From the NCBI GenBank assembly GCA_965219695.1, contig CBDCOJ010000032.1:517747-581746 (forward strand): a stretch of 64,000 bases of DNA. Direction: 5' to 3'. Shown in pieces: positions 19,801 to 29,150 of this stretch; the first letter of the stretch is position 1, and every line of letters begins with the position of its first letter. This DNA is from Candidatus Poribacteria bacterium (GTDB lineage Bacteria; Poribacteria; WGA-4E; WGA-3G). Made by a program: the position numbers and the translations under genes. The notes beneath the pieces are model-generated. The model was given only the letters and a program-made list of their open reading frames with translations, was not told the DNA's origin and did not search any database.

Positions 19801-21538
19801 TACCGAAGATGATGACTTGCGAGGACGTTCCTATTTTGCGATGGCTTATGCACAAGACGAACATCTTAAGATGTATGATGATGCATTGACAAACTATCAG
19901 AACGCTATTCAGTTAGCTGATAATCTGGTGAAGGCACAGTCCTATTATAGGACAGGTTTGATTTATCAAGAAAAACTCAACAATCTTGATAAAGCATTGG
20001 AAGTTTTCCAAAACTTGATTGCCAACTATAGTACGGAACAGAATACCGGTGTTGCTTCTATGGTTGCTGACGCGAGTCTACGGCGTTCTGAACTGTTTGT
20101 GAAATTGGGGCGCTTAGACGAGGCTATCGCTGATTCAATAAGTTCAGTAGAAGCACTTAAGACAAGCCCGACTGCAACTGTTGCGCAAAAAGTTGCTGCA
20201 TTATATACCCTCGGATTTCTCTATTCAGATAAAGCACGCACCCACTATCCTGAGGATCTGCCCCAAGGATTTGATCTTAAGCCCTATATTGAAACGAGTG
20301 GGTTAGCCGCTTCTTCTTTCTTTGAAGTTAGCAAACTTGCTGCGCCTGTAGAGAAGGCGGATAAACAAACGGTCATTCCGTATGTACAAAATTCGCTTTT
20401 CCAAGCCGGCCAGATATACTATTCACTGGGTGCTGGATTTAAGCGGCGCGCAGAGTTGTTACTCGCCATTGATCCGCTTACAGAGTTTGTTAAATATGCG
20501 GATGCAGGTATATTCGCTGCCTCAAAGGATCTACCAGGAGACGTGGAGACTTCATTAACCTATTTAGCCTCTGCTAACTTTGACTTGGGGCGGATGCAAG
20601 TTGGATTAGACGAAGAGATGTCTCCGCAAGCTGTTGCTTATTTCGACGCTTCTGTTAAGGTTTTCAACGATCTTGTCAAACGCTATCCAAATGCCAAAGA
20701 TGCAGCACTCTGGCAGTATCAAGCTGGCGAAGCTTACTATACAACAGAGCAGTTTGAAAAAGCTATTGTTGAATATGATAAGGTCAGACGGGTTAATAAG
20801 ACGCATGAAAAAGCTCCTGAATCCTTATACGCTATCGCTACTTGTTATCAATTTCTCTCTGAAACAGCGAAAGACGCAGGCAATACAGATGCTGAAAAAG
20901 CGTTTCTTGACAAACTATTTGAAACAAACGAGATACTTGTCAAGGAATATAACAATAGCAAGTTCGCTGGCGAGGCGTTTATCAACATTGGTAATAAGCA
21001 CTATAACGCCGCTTTGGATCCAGAACTTGAGGCAACTGAGCAAATCGATCTCTTCCGACAAGCGATTGAAAACTACAAGCGAGCACTTGCAGCGCCCGGT
21101 CTCAGTGCAGAGTCCAAAAACACTGCAGAGGGTTTCCTTAATGAGACCGAGAGTTTTCTTGCACATAATGAATATAAGTATGCTATCACATCACTTGGCA
21201 AGGCTCAAAGAGCATCTGAAAAGTCTGACATTGAAGAAGCAATTGATCTCTTCAAAGCCATCACGAAAGCTTATTCAGAAACCAAGTATGGCGATCTTTC
21301 TTACGGTAAGTTAGGAGAAGCATATACAATGCTCGCGAATAAAGAGGAAAGCTATTATCCGTATGCATTGTATTACTTCCAGTTCTTGCCTAAGAAATAT
21401 GCAAGAATAGAACCTGCTGACTCTCAGGTCCAGGATGCAATTAACTACTGTATTCTTAAGTCTAATGAGATTCAAGCTTACATGAAGTCTAAGAATATTG
21501 AGCCACTTCAGGGAGAACCTGAAGATGGTAACGAATAA
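16826..21538 (+). CDS. giant tetratricopeptide-repeat (TPR) protein with N-terminal membrane anchor
   Basis: 1570-aa protein. An N-terminal TM helix is followed by tens of 34-residue TPR-like units (recurring A..Y..A...F..FP.S). A terminator hairpin lies downstream. Confidence 0.8.
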   Translation: MNPRILGIIGGLALIVALLSPFMMGSSKKVERLYLSAKGLYEQADYEGAIAKYTEALEESTKRGVKTEVIDKDFTTLANFQIAVSYSRLAEQTGDVNHYDTALEYIEKVAPNATIAKHQEGLTYLWGHILYRTEQYELAEAKFTQLIDNFPNSLQVENAWYAIGQLNYKLGNYESSRTAFNNILVGFPNSEFKDDAQLLIAQSFLDESNYEQAYPEFDKFATDEFKNFPELHAEAMYKAAFCLNQLNRDDEAISRYTNFITQFPEHQLVTAAYFDQGHIYAKQKDYDNARVNFELALQNTADRGLQSEIQFAIGETYFDQADYENAIVSYTKLLDEYPESAFIGDAKLGVADSQFRLDRWSDAITSYQSVIEHEKSEMQSEEGSELSLTPYCSLQVGEAFYKLGTNQRDAGQMQEADATLELALEWYLKTVDDFPENPVVPHALYGAIWTLNDLGRKEELEKIASEFIEKNRNDNEFDILAAEVQLRFADIKRTEFKQYVEAAEEYAQLWEYRPLPKFHLIKLMGKFFEGRSYYEAAKPEGYQEGDTTTNFNAEYLQKSVGAYQDAINMFSDESFRPGIEEGRYQDFSERIAQVEACLMNEALSHEMLGAWDIARQRYAMIPEASNYYERALLLTANSYVRQGDKSQAITYYNSIMSKLADKNNLSLAEIKLADLLRAEERFEEAAAEYQDVVDGNPTGEYADDALYFVGLCYYHASSEKPELIEKAAEAFNKVVMEYADSPNAIEAYYGLALVYQDAAKKHGDTTKWSLIVQTADAATEKFADSSEELVLQTLGQIDLIKATALENINADDIEGLVASLQQVVNNSGAREDARIRSQLKIGHTYYSKERFEEALAAYKLFVEKFPNSEIAPTAQFQSAVCYYQIAQKAKDADAAQLAYTNAASEAEKVTEMTDNVDNLISANYTLGLSKFGLKDTQGAIDAFKQVTSFEGQTEDENRKNLISQAHSRLAELFSNVGNHEDAVKEYQYIIANTEDDDLRGRSYFAMAYAQDEHLKMYDDALTNYQNAIQLADNLVKAQSYYRTGLIYQEKLNNLDKALEVFQNLIANYSTEQNTGVASMVADASLRRSELFVKLGRLDEAIADSISSVEALKTSPTATVAQKVAALYTLGFLYSDKARTHYPEDLPQGFDLKPYIETSGLAASSFFEVSKLAAPVEKADKQTVIPYVQNSLFQAGQIYYSLGAGFKRRAELLLAIDPLTEFVKYADAGIFAASKDLPGDVETSLTYLASANFDLGRMQVGLDEEMSPQAVAYFDASVKVFNDLVKRYPNAKDAALWQYQAGEAYYTTEQFEKAIVEYDKVRRVNKTHEKAPESLYAIATCYQFLSETAKDAGNTDAEKAFLDKLFETNEILVKEYNNSKFAGEAFINIGNKHYNAALDPELEATEQIDLFRQAIENYKRALAAPGLSAESKNTAEGFLNETESFLAHNEYKYAITSLGKAQRASEKSDIEEAIDLFKAITKAYSETKYGDLSYGKLGEAYTMLANKEESYYPYALYYFQFLPKKYARIEPADSQVQDAINYCILKSNEIQAYMKSKNIEPLQGEPEDGNE

Positions 21539-21565
21539 CTTGGGCTAACGAACACTTTATTCGTA

Positions 21566-21600
21566 GGGACAGGTCTTATACCTGTCCCTATCCTATTTTA
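21566..21600 (+). terminator. rho-independent terminator (gggacaggtcttatacctgtccc + T-rich)
   Basis: A 9-bp perfect stem followed by tatcctatttt, about 28 nt after the TPR gene stop. Confidence 0.7.
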
Positions 21601-21737
21601 TACGTAGAGCAAATTATGCGTTCATAAACAATATCGCTTTACGTAAAATACCTACCTTATCTTTAAAACCGAATTAATTGTCTGTCTTGCGGCTGAGTCC
21701 TCAAGAGTATAAAAGGCAATCAGAGGAGTTACTGCAA

Positions 21738-22913
21738 GTGTATGATGAATTGAGAGTACCCCCGCGTATCCTACTCGGTCCGGGACCCAGCATAGCAAAC
21801 CCCCGCGTTCTCAAAGCAATGACAACCCCTATGCTCGGGTACTTAGATGCAGATTTTGTTGATGTAATGGACGATACTGTTGCCTTGATACGACAAGTCT
21901 ACGGCACTCAAAATTCCCTTACCTTTCCTGTTTCTGGTACCGGTACTGCAGGCATGGAAACAGCACTCACCAATATTATTGAACCGGAGGATTCTGTAAT
22001 CGTAGGGATTAACGGTTACTTCGGCGGCAGGATAGCAGATATTGCAGAACGATGCGGTGCTGAAGTGACACCTGTCCACGCTGAATGGGGGAATATTATT
22101 GAACCGAAACAGATTGCTGAAGCATGCAGCAAAGTCACTCCAAAACTTGTGGCAGTTGTCCATGGCGAAACCTCTACAGGCGTGCTGCAACCGTTAGAAC
22201 AGATAATTGACATTGCCAGTGAAAAGGATGCGTTGTTTCTGGCAGATTGTGTCACATCGCTTGGGGGACAACCTGTTGAACTTGATGAGCGCGGCATTGA
22301 TATTGCCTACAGTTGCACGCAAAAATGTCTGGCAGGTCCTCCCGGACTTTCACCAATAAGTTTTAGTGACCGTGCAGTCGAAGTGATTCGGAACCGTAAA
22401 ACAAAAATTCAGAGTTTCTATTTGGATGCAACACTGCTTGCAGAATATTGGTTGGGGGACTCACGAAAATATCATCATACCGTATCTATGTCCATGATTT
22501 ATGCTCTGCGCGAGGCACTACGAGTTGTAATGGAGGAAGGCGTATCGCCACGCTACCAACGACATGAACGCAATGCAAAAGCTTTGATTGCTGGTGCTGA
22601 ATCTATCGGTTTACAACCCGCCGCAACAGAAAATCATCGCGCGCCGATGCTTACTACACTGCTCATTCCAGAGGGAATTGATGATGCAACTATACGAAAA
22701 CGTCTTATTCAAGACTACGGTATTGAAATTGGTGGTGGTTTGGGAATTTTTGCTGGTAAAGCGTGGCGAATTGGACTTATGGGTGATGCTGCTAACGAAC
22801 AAAATGTCTTACTTGTTCTAAACGCAATTGAAACTCTACTTATTGAGTTCGGATACAAAGTTGATACAGGAACAGCGGTTAGTGCAGCCGCTGCAGTTTA
22901 TCAGAACAGTTGA
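21738..22913 (+). CDS. class V aminotransferase (alanine--glyoxylate / serine--pyruvate aminotransferase family)
   Basis: PLP fold type I class V. N-terminus LLGPGPS, PLP-lysine context (CTQKCLAGPPGLS). The start is taken at GTG 21738, preceded by cagaggag; the track ORF begins at TTG 21678. Confidence 0.75.
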   Translation: MYDELRVPPRILLGPGPSIANPRVLKAMTTPMLGYLDADFVDVMDDTVALIRQVYGTQNSLTFPVSGTGTAGMETALTNIIEPEDSVIVGINGYFGGRIADIAERCGAEVTPVHAEWGNIIEPKQIAEACSKVTPKLVAVVHGETSTGVLQPLEQIIDIASEKDALFLADCVTSLGGQPVELDERGIDIAYSCTQKCLAGPPGLSPISFSDRAVEVIRNRKTKIQSFYLDATLLAEYWLGDSRKYHHTVSMSMIYALREALRVVMEEGVSPRYQRHERNAKALIAGAESIGLQPAATENHRAPMLTTLLIPEGIDDATIRKRLIQDYGIEIGGGLGIFAGKAWRIGLMGDAANEQNVLLVLNAIETLLIEFGYKVDTGTAVSAAAAVYQNS

Positions 22914-22984
22914 AAATAAGGAAACACTCACCTATAGACACACTTTTTGAAGTTAAATTTGATTCGGTAAAGCCAGTTCCCCGA

Positions 22985-23400
22985 GACCGGTAAGGTGCGG
23001 TTTCCTAACTGTACCATTTACTCAGACCCAGTCGGGTGCGGTGAATCGACGACAGATGTGCTTTTGGCATTTGGCGGGAAATCGCACCATAGGTGTCAAT
23101 TTAAGGGTTTGCCACCCCGGTAGGCGCGTTTTGTAAACGCGCCGAACCCAGACATCAGACGCTATAAACGGCGCGTTTACAAAACGCCAAATCAACGGTA
23201 TGAATGCCATTTAGGCATTCCCCGCCTACCTTGGGTAATAAATCGGGCTTAGAAAGCCCTCCAACAATGTAAGAGGCGACAAATGCCAAAAAGCGCATTT
23301 GGTGTTGATTTGGCAATGAATTGCGCGACTACAAACGCTTACATTCTTAAATTGATGCCTATGCATTTGGCGGGAAATCGCACCTACCGTAGTGTCCAAG
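22985..23400. repeat. cluster of short palindromic dispersed repeats (families A, B, D)
   Basis: Family A (ggcgcgtttacaaaacgcgcc) is at 23123-23143 and 23170-23188. Family B (gccaaatgcgc..gcatttggcg) is at 23058-23088, 23281-23314 and 23363-23389. A family D fragment (ggtaaggtgcggtttcctaac) is at 22989-23015. The region is non-coding. Confidence 0.8.
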
Positions 23401-23415
23401 TAATTATAGATTTTA

Positions 23416-24156
23416 CTATAAAGCATGTTTGGCTGCTGTTTGGATAGCCATCAGATGTGCAGCGATTCGTGTTTCCCAGTCAAGCTGCGTTGGTGTTTCA
23501 AGAATTAAGCACCGCGTATTTACGTGTTCAGCTAAATACCTTCCGCGTGTCCACCCCTTAGTCGTAACTTGATCCAGCAGTGTGACCACTCCATTCTCGT
23601 TGTGATGACCTTCTATCAACGGTTCTTGATTGATAGAACATAATCCTGCTACGTTTTTCACAATCACATTGCCAATTGGTAGACATTGTGAAGTGCGACG
23701 TTCCCACAAATAAAATCCATTGCTATCACTATCTTCATGTAAGTCTAACGCAAGTTCAATTCTTCCTCTTTTCGTCATAGTATTGTTACTACGTCTATTT
23801 TGCGGATGCACGCACTGTTTGTGCTGGAGTGACTCTGCGATGAACGCTGTTTCTGGACACTGGGTTGGTGTTTCAAACATCCGATTAAGGTCAAGTCCAG
23901 CAGCGTTTTCACGGATGTCTCGTTCATATCCATAAGGATTGTCACAAGGTGAGATAAGCCAATTGTATTCGTTTAATGGAAATGGGGAAAAGTTGTGTCG
24001 CCCCTCATCGGTAAGTAGTTCAACAAGGCGCAGCGCACATTCAACACCCGCAGGTTCATCACCGTGGATCCCTGCTGATATATAAATTAGAGAGGAATTA
24101 TTTTGTTTAGCCGTGTAACATAAACAGTATAAAGGATAAGTGGAAGCAGTATACGC
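23416..24156 (-). pseudogene. decayed succinylglutamate desuccinylase/aspartoacylase (AstE/AspA) family gene
   Basis: Minus-strand translation of 24090..23882 gives ISAGIHGDEPAGVE...DLNR (the zinc-binding GxHGxE and DLNR family motifs), with no ATG/GTG/TTG start upstream before a stop. Near 23880 the frame shifts into ORF 23416..23880 (LDLHEDS...). Dispersed repeats lie adjacent. Confidence 0.45.
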
Positions 24157-24245
24157 TTAATGCCAGACTGTGAGCTGTTCAGACTTCCTAAGAGCCTCAA
24201 GGATACGATCTGTAACATCCGCATAATTCCGGACTTTCATCCGAA

Positions 24246-25787
24246 TTACTCCCATTCAATCGTGCTCGGAGGTTTTGAGCTAATGTCGTAGACAACGCGA
24301 TTGATCCCTTGAACCTCATTGATGATTCGGGTAGAAATTCTTGCTAAAACATCATCAGGGATTCTCGCCCAATCCGCTGTCATAGCATCGCTACTGGTAA
24401 CAGCACGTAAAGCAACTGCATTTTCGTACGTCCGTTCATCCCCCATCACACCAACACTCTTAACAGGTAGCAGTACTACCAACGCTTGCCAAATTTGATC
24501 GTACAATCCTGCTGCCTTAATTTCATTGATAAAAATCGCGTCGGCTAATCGTAACACTGCTAACCGTTCTGGTGTTACCTCCCCGATTATTCTCACAGCA
24601 AGCCCCGGCCCAGGAAACGGATGTCTGCCCAGCACATTGGATGGAACGTTTAATTCGGCACCAACCGCTCGCACCTCGTCTTTGAAAAGTTCACGAAAAG
24701 GTTCAATAAGTTCAAACGGCATGTCGGGTGGGAGTCCACCAACGTTGTGGTGTGTTTTAATCGTAGCGGAAGGCCCCTTGGTGGAAACACTCTCTATAAC
24801 ATCTGGGTAAAGTGTGCCTTGTGCCAGAAAACGGCAAGGTCCGAGCTGCTTCACTTTTGCCCTGAAGGTTTCAATAAACTGGGCACCGATAACTTTTCGT
24901 TTCTGTTCTGGATTCACAACACCTGCCAACGCATTCAAAAAGGATTCTGACGCATCTACGAACTCAATTTTTATTCCCAGCGCTTTACAGGTTGCTAAAA
25001 CCTGTTCTACCTCATTTTGGCGCAAAAGTCCGTTATCCACAAAAACAGGCACTAATGCATCACCTATCGCCTCATGAAGGAGTGTAGCAAGCACCATTGA
25101 GTCTATACCACCGCTGACAGCACATAGTACCCGTTCGTTCTTCACCCTTGCTTGGATGCTTGTTATGGCTTCTGCAATAAAAGTATCCATCGTCCAAGTG
25201 GCTTCACACCCACAGATATGTCGGAGAAAGTTGTGAAGGATTTTGTCAGCGTCTCGTGTATGTTCGACCTCAGGGTGAAATTGCAACCCGTACAAAGTGC
25301 CATCAGAGTTGACCATCGCTGCGATAGGCGAGTTTGGTGTTTGGGCAATCGTGTGGAACCCCGTAGGAAGCTCGTCAATTTTATCACCATGGCTCATCCA
25401 TGCAGACAATTCGGATGGCAAGTCGGTAAATAATGGGTCTGATGTGGAGATGACTTGAAGTTGTGCATTCCCATATTCCCGTTCTGTCGCGGGATGGACT
25501 TTGCCCTCTTCTAAGAGAAAAGCAATGAGCTGCATGCCGTAACAGATGCCTAACACGGGAATTCCAAGTGTGAAAAGGGATGCATCTATCTTTGGCGCAT
25601 TTTCCTCGTACACACTTGCAGGACCACCAGAAAGTATAATCCCTTTAGGTGACATTTTCTCAATGTCACTAAGCGGCAAAGTATAAGGTTGAATTTCGCA
25701 GTAAACCTGCTGCTCCCGAATGCGTCGAGCGATTAACTGCGTATATTGCGAGCCAAAGTCTAAAACGACAATAGCGTCTCGCTCCAT
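24246..25787 (-). CDS. guaA: GMP synthase (glutamine-hydrolysing)
   Basis: N-terminal class-I GATase (catalytic Cys in GICYGMQ), ATP-PPase motif SGGIDS, C-terminal dimerisation domain ending ...IEWE. Confidence 0.9.
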   Translation of the reverse strand: MERDAIVVLDFGSQYTQLIARRIREQQVYCEIQPYTLPLSDIEKMSPKGIILSGGPASVYEENAPKIDASLFTLGIPVLGICYGMQLIAFLLEEGKVHPATEREYGNAQLQVISTSDPLFTDLPSELSAWMSHGDKIDELPTGFHTIAQTPNSPIAAMVNSDGTLYGLQFHPEVEHTRDADKILHNFLRHICGCEATWTMDTFIAEAITSIQARVKNERVLCAVSGGIDSMVLATLLHEAIGDALVPVFVDNGLLRQNEVEQVLATCKALGIKIEFVDASESFLNALAGVVNPEQKRKVIGAQFIETFRAKVKQLGPCRFLAQGTLYPDVIESVSTKGPSATIKTHHNVGGLPPDMPFELIEPFRELFKDEVRAVGAELNVPSNVLGRHPFPGPGLAVRIIGEVTPERLAVLRLADAIFINEIKAAGLYDQIWQALVVLLPVKSVGVMGDERTYENAVALRAVTSSDAMTADWARIPDDVLARISTRIINEVQGINRVVYDISSKPPSTIEWE

Positions 25788-26004
25788 GTCTTTTCTCCAT
25801 TTTAGATATTGGATTTCGGCAGGGCTGCCAATATGAATGTTAAGGATTTAATTCGGTAATTTTCCTATAAGAACGTTTGATTATAATTGCTTCAAGCAAA
25901 TAGTATATTAACGTGAGTTCGGTATAAAAGACATGAAGAACTTCATATCTTTTCCCGGCATTTACGTTATATAGTGGACTATAGAAATAATTCTACATTT
26001 CCTC

Positions 26005-26103
26005 TGTAGGAGCGATCTCCGAACCGTGACAGAAACTTAGGAACAGTCGGGAATCGGAGTTCCCTCCCGCCAAATGCCAAAAGCGCATTTGGCGTTGATT
26101 CAC
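26005..26103. repeat. composite dispersed repeat (family C element + family B palindrome)
   Basis: 26005-26068 reads tgtaggagcgatctccgaacc...gggaatcggagttccctcc, immediately followed by the family B palindrome ccgccaaatgccaaaagcgcatttggcg. Confidence 0.8.
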
Positions 26104-26372
26104 AGTTCAGGAATGTAGCGTTAATTCTAATCTCTACCATAATAAGATTGCTTATGTTTCAGAGTTTTTAGAGTCAATCAGAAAATGAGAGAATTTGTAA
26201 TATGCTTCTATTCTTTATTAAGACTGGGTCCGCAGGCTTATCCTGACTTAAATAGTCATATTTGACTCTAAAAATTCGGATAATTTTGGCACACAGAATA
26301 ACAATGGTTTCTCGGATGCGTATTCTACCAATTTCGAAAGTTGCTTATACCGAACTCATGTTATATTATGTG

Positions 26373-26660
26373 TCACCGTTGTGGTTCGCAATCAATGATT
26401 TCCCCTGTCTCTGGTTCAAAAATTACTCCGTAATACCCGGGTGGTGCAAATTTTACATCATCCCACATCGCTAAGTCTGTATTCGCGTCCTGTAAGTAGT
26501 AGCATCCCCTGTGTGGATGTTCTTCAGATTCGATGGTCCGAACGTGGTAGCAATGGTTGTGAAACTGAATCGTGTTCCCATAAATGATGATGTATCGGTC
26601 ACCAAACAAACTGTGTGCTATCTGATTGACAACATAAGGGTCAATTTTAAGACTATGCAA
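26373..26660 (-). CDS. hypothetical small protein
   Basis: 95-aa ORF downstream of the OmpA-family gene. No recognisable motif. Confidence 0.3.
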   Translation of the reverse strand: MHSLKIDPYVVNQIAHSLFGDRYIIIYGNTIQFHNHCYHVRTIESEEHPHRGCYYLQDANTDLAMWDDVKFAPPGYYGVIFEPETGEIIDCEPQR

Positions 26661-26709
26661 TGTTTTGTTGCCTTTGCAATTCTCGGGACAGATTATTTTT
26701 GTCTAAAAC

Positions 26710-28350
26710 TCATGGCGCTTTAGAGATGATGATGTCAACTCTACGATTTTTTTCGTGAGAATTTTTGTCAATTGGCTGAGATTCACCTAAACCGATGGCA
26801 GTCAATCGTTTTGTTGGCACTTTGCCACTATTAATCAAGAATGTCTTAATTGAATTTGCTCTTTTTTCGCTGAGTGCCTGATTAGTTTTCGCGTCTCCAA
26901 GTGAATCGCTATGACCTTCAATTCTTACAACATAGTTTTTGAATTCATCTTGTAACAATATAGATGCCAATTTCATAAAGGTTGGGAAAAACGCCTCATT
27001 TAAACGCGTGCTTGTGGTTGCAAATAGGTTGCCACTAATTCTAATGAGAACCCCTTCCTCACGGTCTATGACAACTGCTTTCGGAATTTGCTTTACTGTT
27101 TCAACCAGTGTCGTCTGGGCAGAATCCTGCTGTTTTGTTTTTTCAATAGCGCGTCGGAGGTAATCATGACTTTGCTGCGATGCATCAACAGCAGCTGAGT
27201 ATTCCTTTTTTGCAAGTGCTGACTCGGCAGTTGCCAGTGCTGAAGTAGCCAATTCATATAGTTCTGGGGCAAACTGCGGCACTTTGGTCTGTGCTTGTTC
27301 TGCTATTGCTGCTTTGGCTGCTGCAACTGCTGCCTCCGCTTTTTTGATTCTTGCTGTAAGTTCCTCCTGTGCACGGCGACGATATTCGGCGACTTCAGAG
27401 ATAGTAATCGCCTTGTCTACAATCTGTTCAATCCCTTTAGCAGTTTGCCGTGCTTCTCCATAACGATTTTCTTGGAACTCTTTTTTCGCCTTATCCAATT
27501 GGTTGCGTGATTGTTGGAATTGTTGTGTAGCGTGCGTGGCTGCATTTAGAGATTCTGCTCGCTCAAGTTTCAGCTGTGCGCGTTCTATAGCAATAGACGC
27601 TGCATTTTCCGCCGCTGCACGGACCTTCTGATATTGAATTGCCAGTTCATAAAGATTATTCGCTTGTGTCAGTGCGTCTGTTGCAACTTTTTCTGCGTCG
27701 GTGAATTCTTTTCGCTCCAAGTGTGATGTTGCTAACGCAATCGCTGATTGCACACGTTCATACTCTGGTGTCTCTATAATTTCAGGATAAGTCAGTTTTG
27801 CAATGGTTACATAGATTTCTGTTCCGGACATTGGCACGCGAATTTCCGTATGACGAAGCGCATCTTTTGTTTCCGTAAGATCCGTTGTGAGTGAACCAGC
27901 ACGTTGATTTCCTGCCTCAATTTCTTTTAACTTTTGTTCAATTTCCATCGTTTTCATCTCATTGCGAATCTTTGCTATTTCTATTTCATATTCCTTTTCC
28001 GTTATCACCTCTTGGTACATCTGTTCCTGGATTGCAATGAGTTGTGCACGTGCTTGCTGCTGCTTTGCTTTATACAAAGCGATTTGTGCTACAAGTTCTG
28101 CTTGATATGCGAATTCCATGCTTTGCGCAATGTCTCCACGCTCCTGTGCTTGTTTGGCAAATCTCAGGAGCTTAACAGCGCGACTGTATTCATCGGTTGC
28201 GAGTTGTTCAGCATTGCGTTCAGCTGCACTGGAAATTGCCTTCTGCCCGTTCTGAAGTTGTGTATCAAGGAGAACACTATCAATTTCAACAGACACACAT
28301 CCGTAGCTAATTAGACATCCTATTAATAGCAGCCATCCATAAATTCGCAT
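26710..28350 (-). CDS. OmpA-family protein with long coiled-coil region
   Basis: The C-terminal OmpA-like peptidoglycan-binding domain (VVRIEGHSDSLGD...NRRVDIII) is clear. About 400 aa of heptad-like A/E/K/Q-rich coiled coil precede it. N-terminal signal sequence. Confidence 0.8.
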   Translation of the reverse strand: MRIYGWLLLIGCLISYGCVSVEIDSVLLDTQLQNGQKAISSAAERNAEQLATDEYSRAVKLLRFAKQAQERGDIAQSMEFAYQAELVAQIALYKAKQQQARAQLIAIQEQMYQEVITEKEYEIEIAKIRNEMKTMEIEQKLKEIEAGNQRAGSLTTDLTETKDALRHTEIRVPMSGTEIYVTIAKLTYPEIIETPEYERVQSAIALATSHLERKEFTDAEKVATDALTQANNLYELAIQYQKVRAAAENAASIAIERAQLKLERAESLNAATHATQQFQQSRNQLDKAKKEFQENRYGEARQTAKGIEQIVDKAITISEVAEYRRRAQEELTARIKKAEAAVAAAKAAIAEQAQTKVPQFAPELYELATSALATAESALAKKEYSAAVDASQQSHDYLRRAIEKTKQQDSAQTTLVETVKQIPKAVVIDREEGVLIRISGNLFATTSTRLNEAFFPTFMKLASILLQDEFKNYVVRIEGHSDSLGDAKTNQALSEKRANSIKTFLINSGKVPTKRLTAIGLGESQPIDKNSHEKNRRVDIIISKAP

Positions 28351-28361
28351 CGGAACTTCCT

Positions 28362-28766
28362 TTATTTTTTCTGGGCGGCGAGTTCTGCTCTAAGTTTTTC
28401 AAGATTATTCAGAACTTCTTCCGTTGCTTGTTGTCGTAACTCTAATTCAGCTTGAGCCTCTTTAACCTGTGCTTCCTGCCGAATTGCCAATGACTTCTCT
28501 GTTGCAATTCGCGCATGAAGGTACGCACGCAATGCCAATCTATACGCGCGTTCTACATCACCTGACTGCAAGGAAGAGTCAGCATTGGTAAGCATCTCCT
28601 CTGCTGAGTTAATCTCGTTCACGGCTACATCGCGCGCGCCAACGTTTTCTGCAGCAGCGATACTTATCCGAGCGTTATCTGCGGTTTCAATTGCCAATTG
28701 TTCTATTTGCTTGCTACCGCATCCCAATACAGTAACTAATATTAGGAGCGAGATTAATCTTTTCAC
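28362..28766 (-). CDS. coiled-coil lipoprotein (DUF4398-like partner of OmpA-family protein)
   Basis: Signal peptide plus lipobox LGCGS. Alpha-helical A/E/R-rich protein of 134 aa, adjacent to and on the same strand as the OmpA-family gene. Confidence 0.55.
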   Translation of the reverse strand: MKRLISLLILVTVLGCGSKQIEQLAIETADNARISIAAAENVGARDVAVNEINSAEEMLTNADSSLQSGDVERAYRLALRAYLHARIATEKSLAIRQEAQVKEAQAELELRQQATEEVLNNLEKLRAELAAQKK

Positions 28767-28883
28767 GCTAATTCCTCTTATTAAAGTTCAAGATATTACT
28801 TTATTGACTATCTAACACAATTTGACGCATAGTGCAATAAACAAAAAAGCCCCACACTCAGGTGAGGCTTTCTAAAAAACGCT

Positions 28884-29150
28884 CTAATACGCAGGACGTT
28901 CTGTGTAAACACTCACCTTACGGCGGTATTTGTCTTTTCGCTCAAACCAGACATATCCATTAATCTTTGAGAAGAGCGTATAATCCCTGCCAACGCCAAC
29001 GTTACTGCCAGCATGTAAATGCGTGCCACGCTGTCGGACAAGGATGCTTCCTGCCGTAACATAGTGTCCTGAAAACCTTTTGACACCAAGCCGTTTTCCG
29101 ATACTGTCACGACCATTACGAGTACTTCCGCCACCTTTTTTATGTGCCAT
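28884..29150 (-). CDS. rpmA: 50S ribosomal protein L27
   Basis: Translation from the internal ATG gives [28 protein letters not shown]..., the canonical L27. The track ORF 28884..29381 is a read-through extension. Confidence 0.85.
   Translation of the reverse strand: MAHKKGGGSTRNGRDSIGKRLGVKRFSGHYVTAGSILVRQRGTHLHAGSNVGVGRDYTLFSKINGYVWFERKDKYRRKVSVYTERPAY

Noticed and set aside
20634-21314. 226-aa ORF in an alternative frame inside the TPR giant
   Set aside because: It is fully embedded in a gene with a strong repeat-protein signal and has a Lys/Leu-rich low-complexity translation. A frame artefact.
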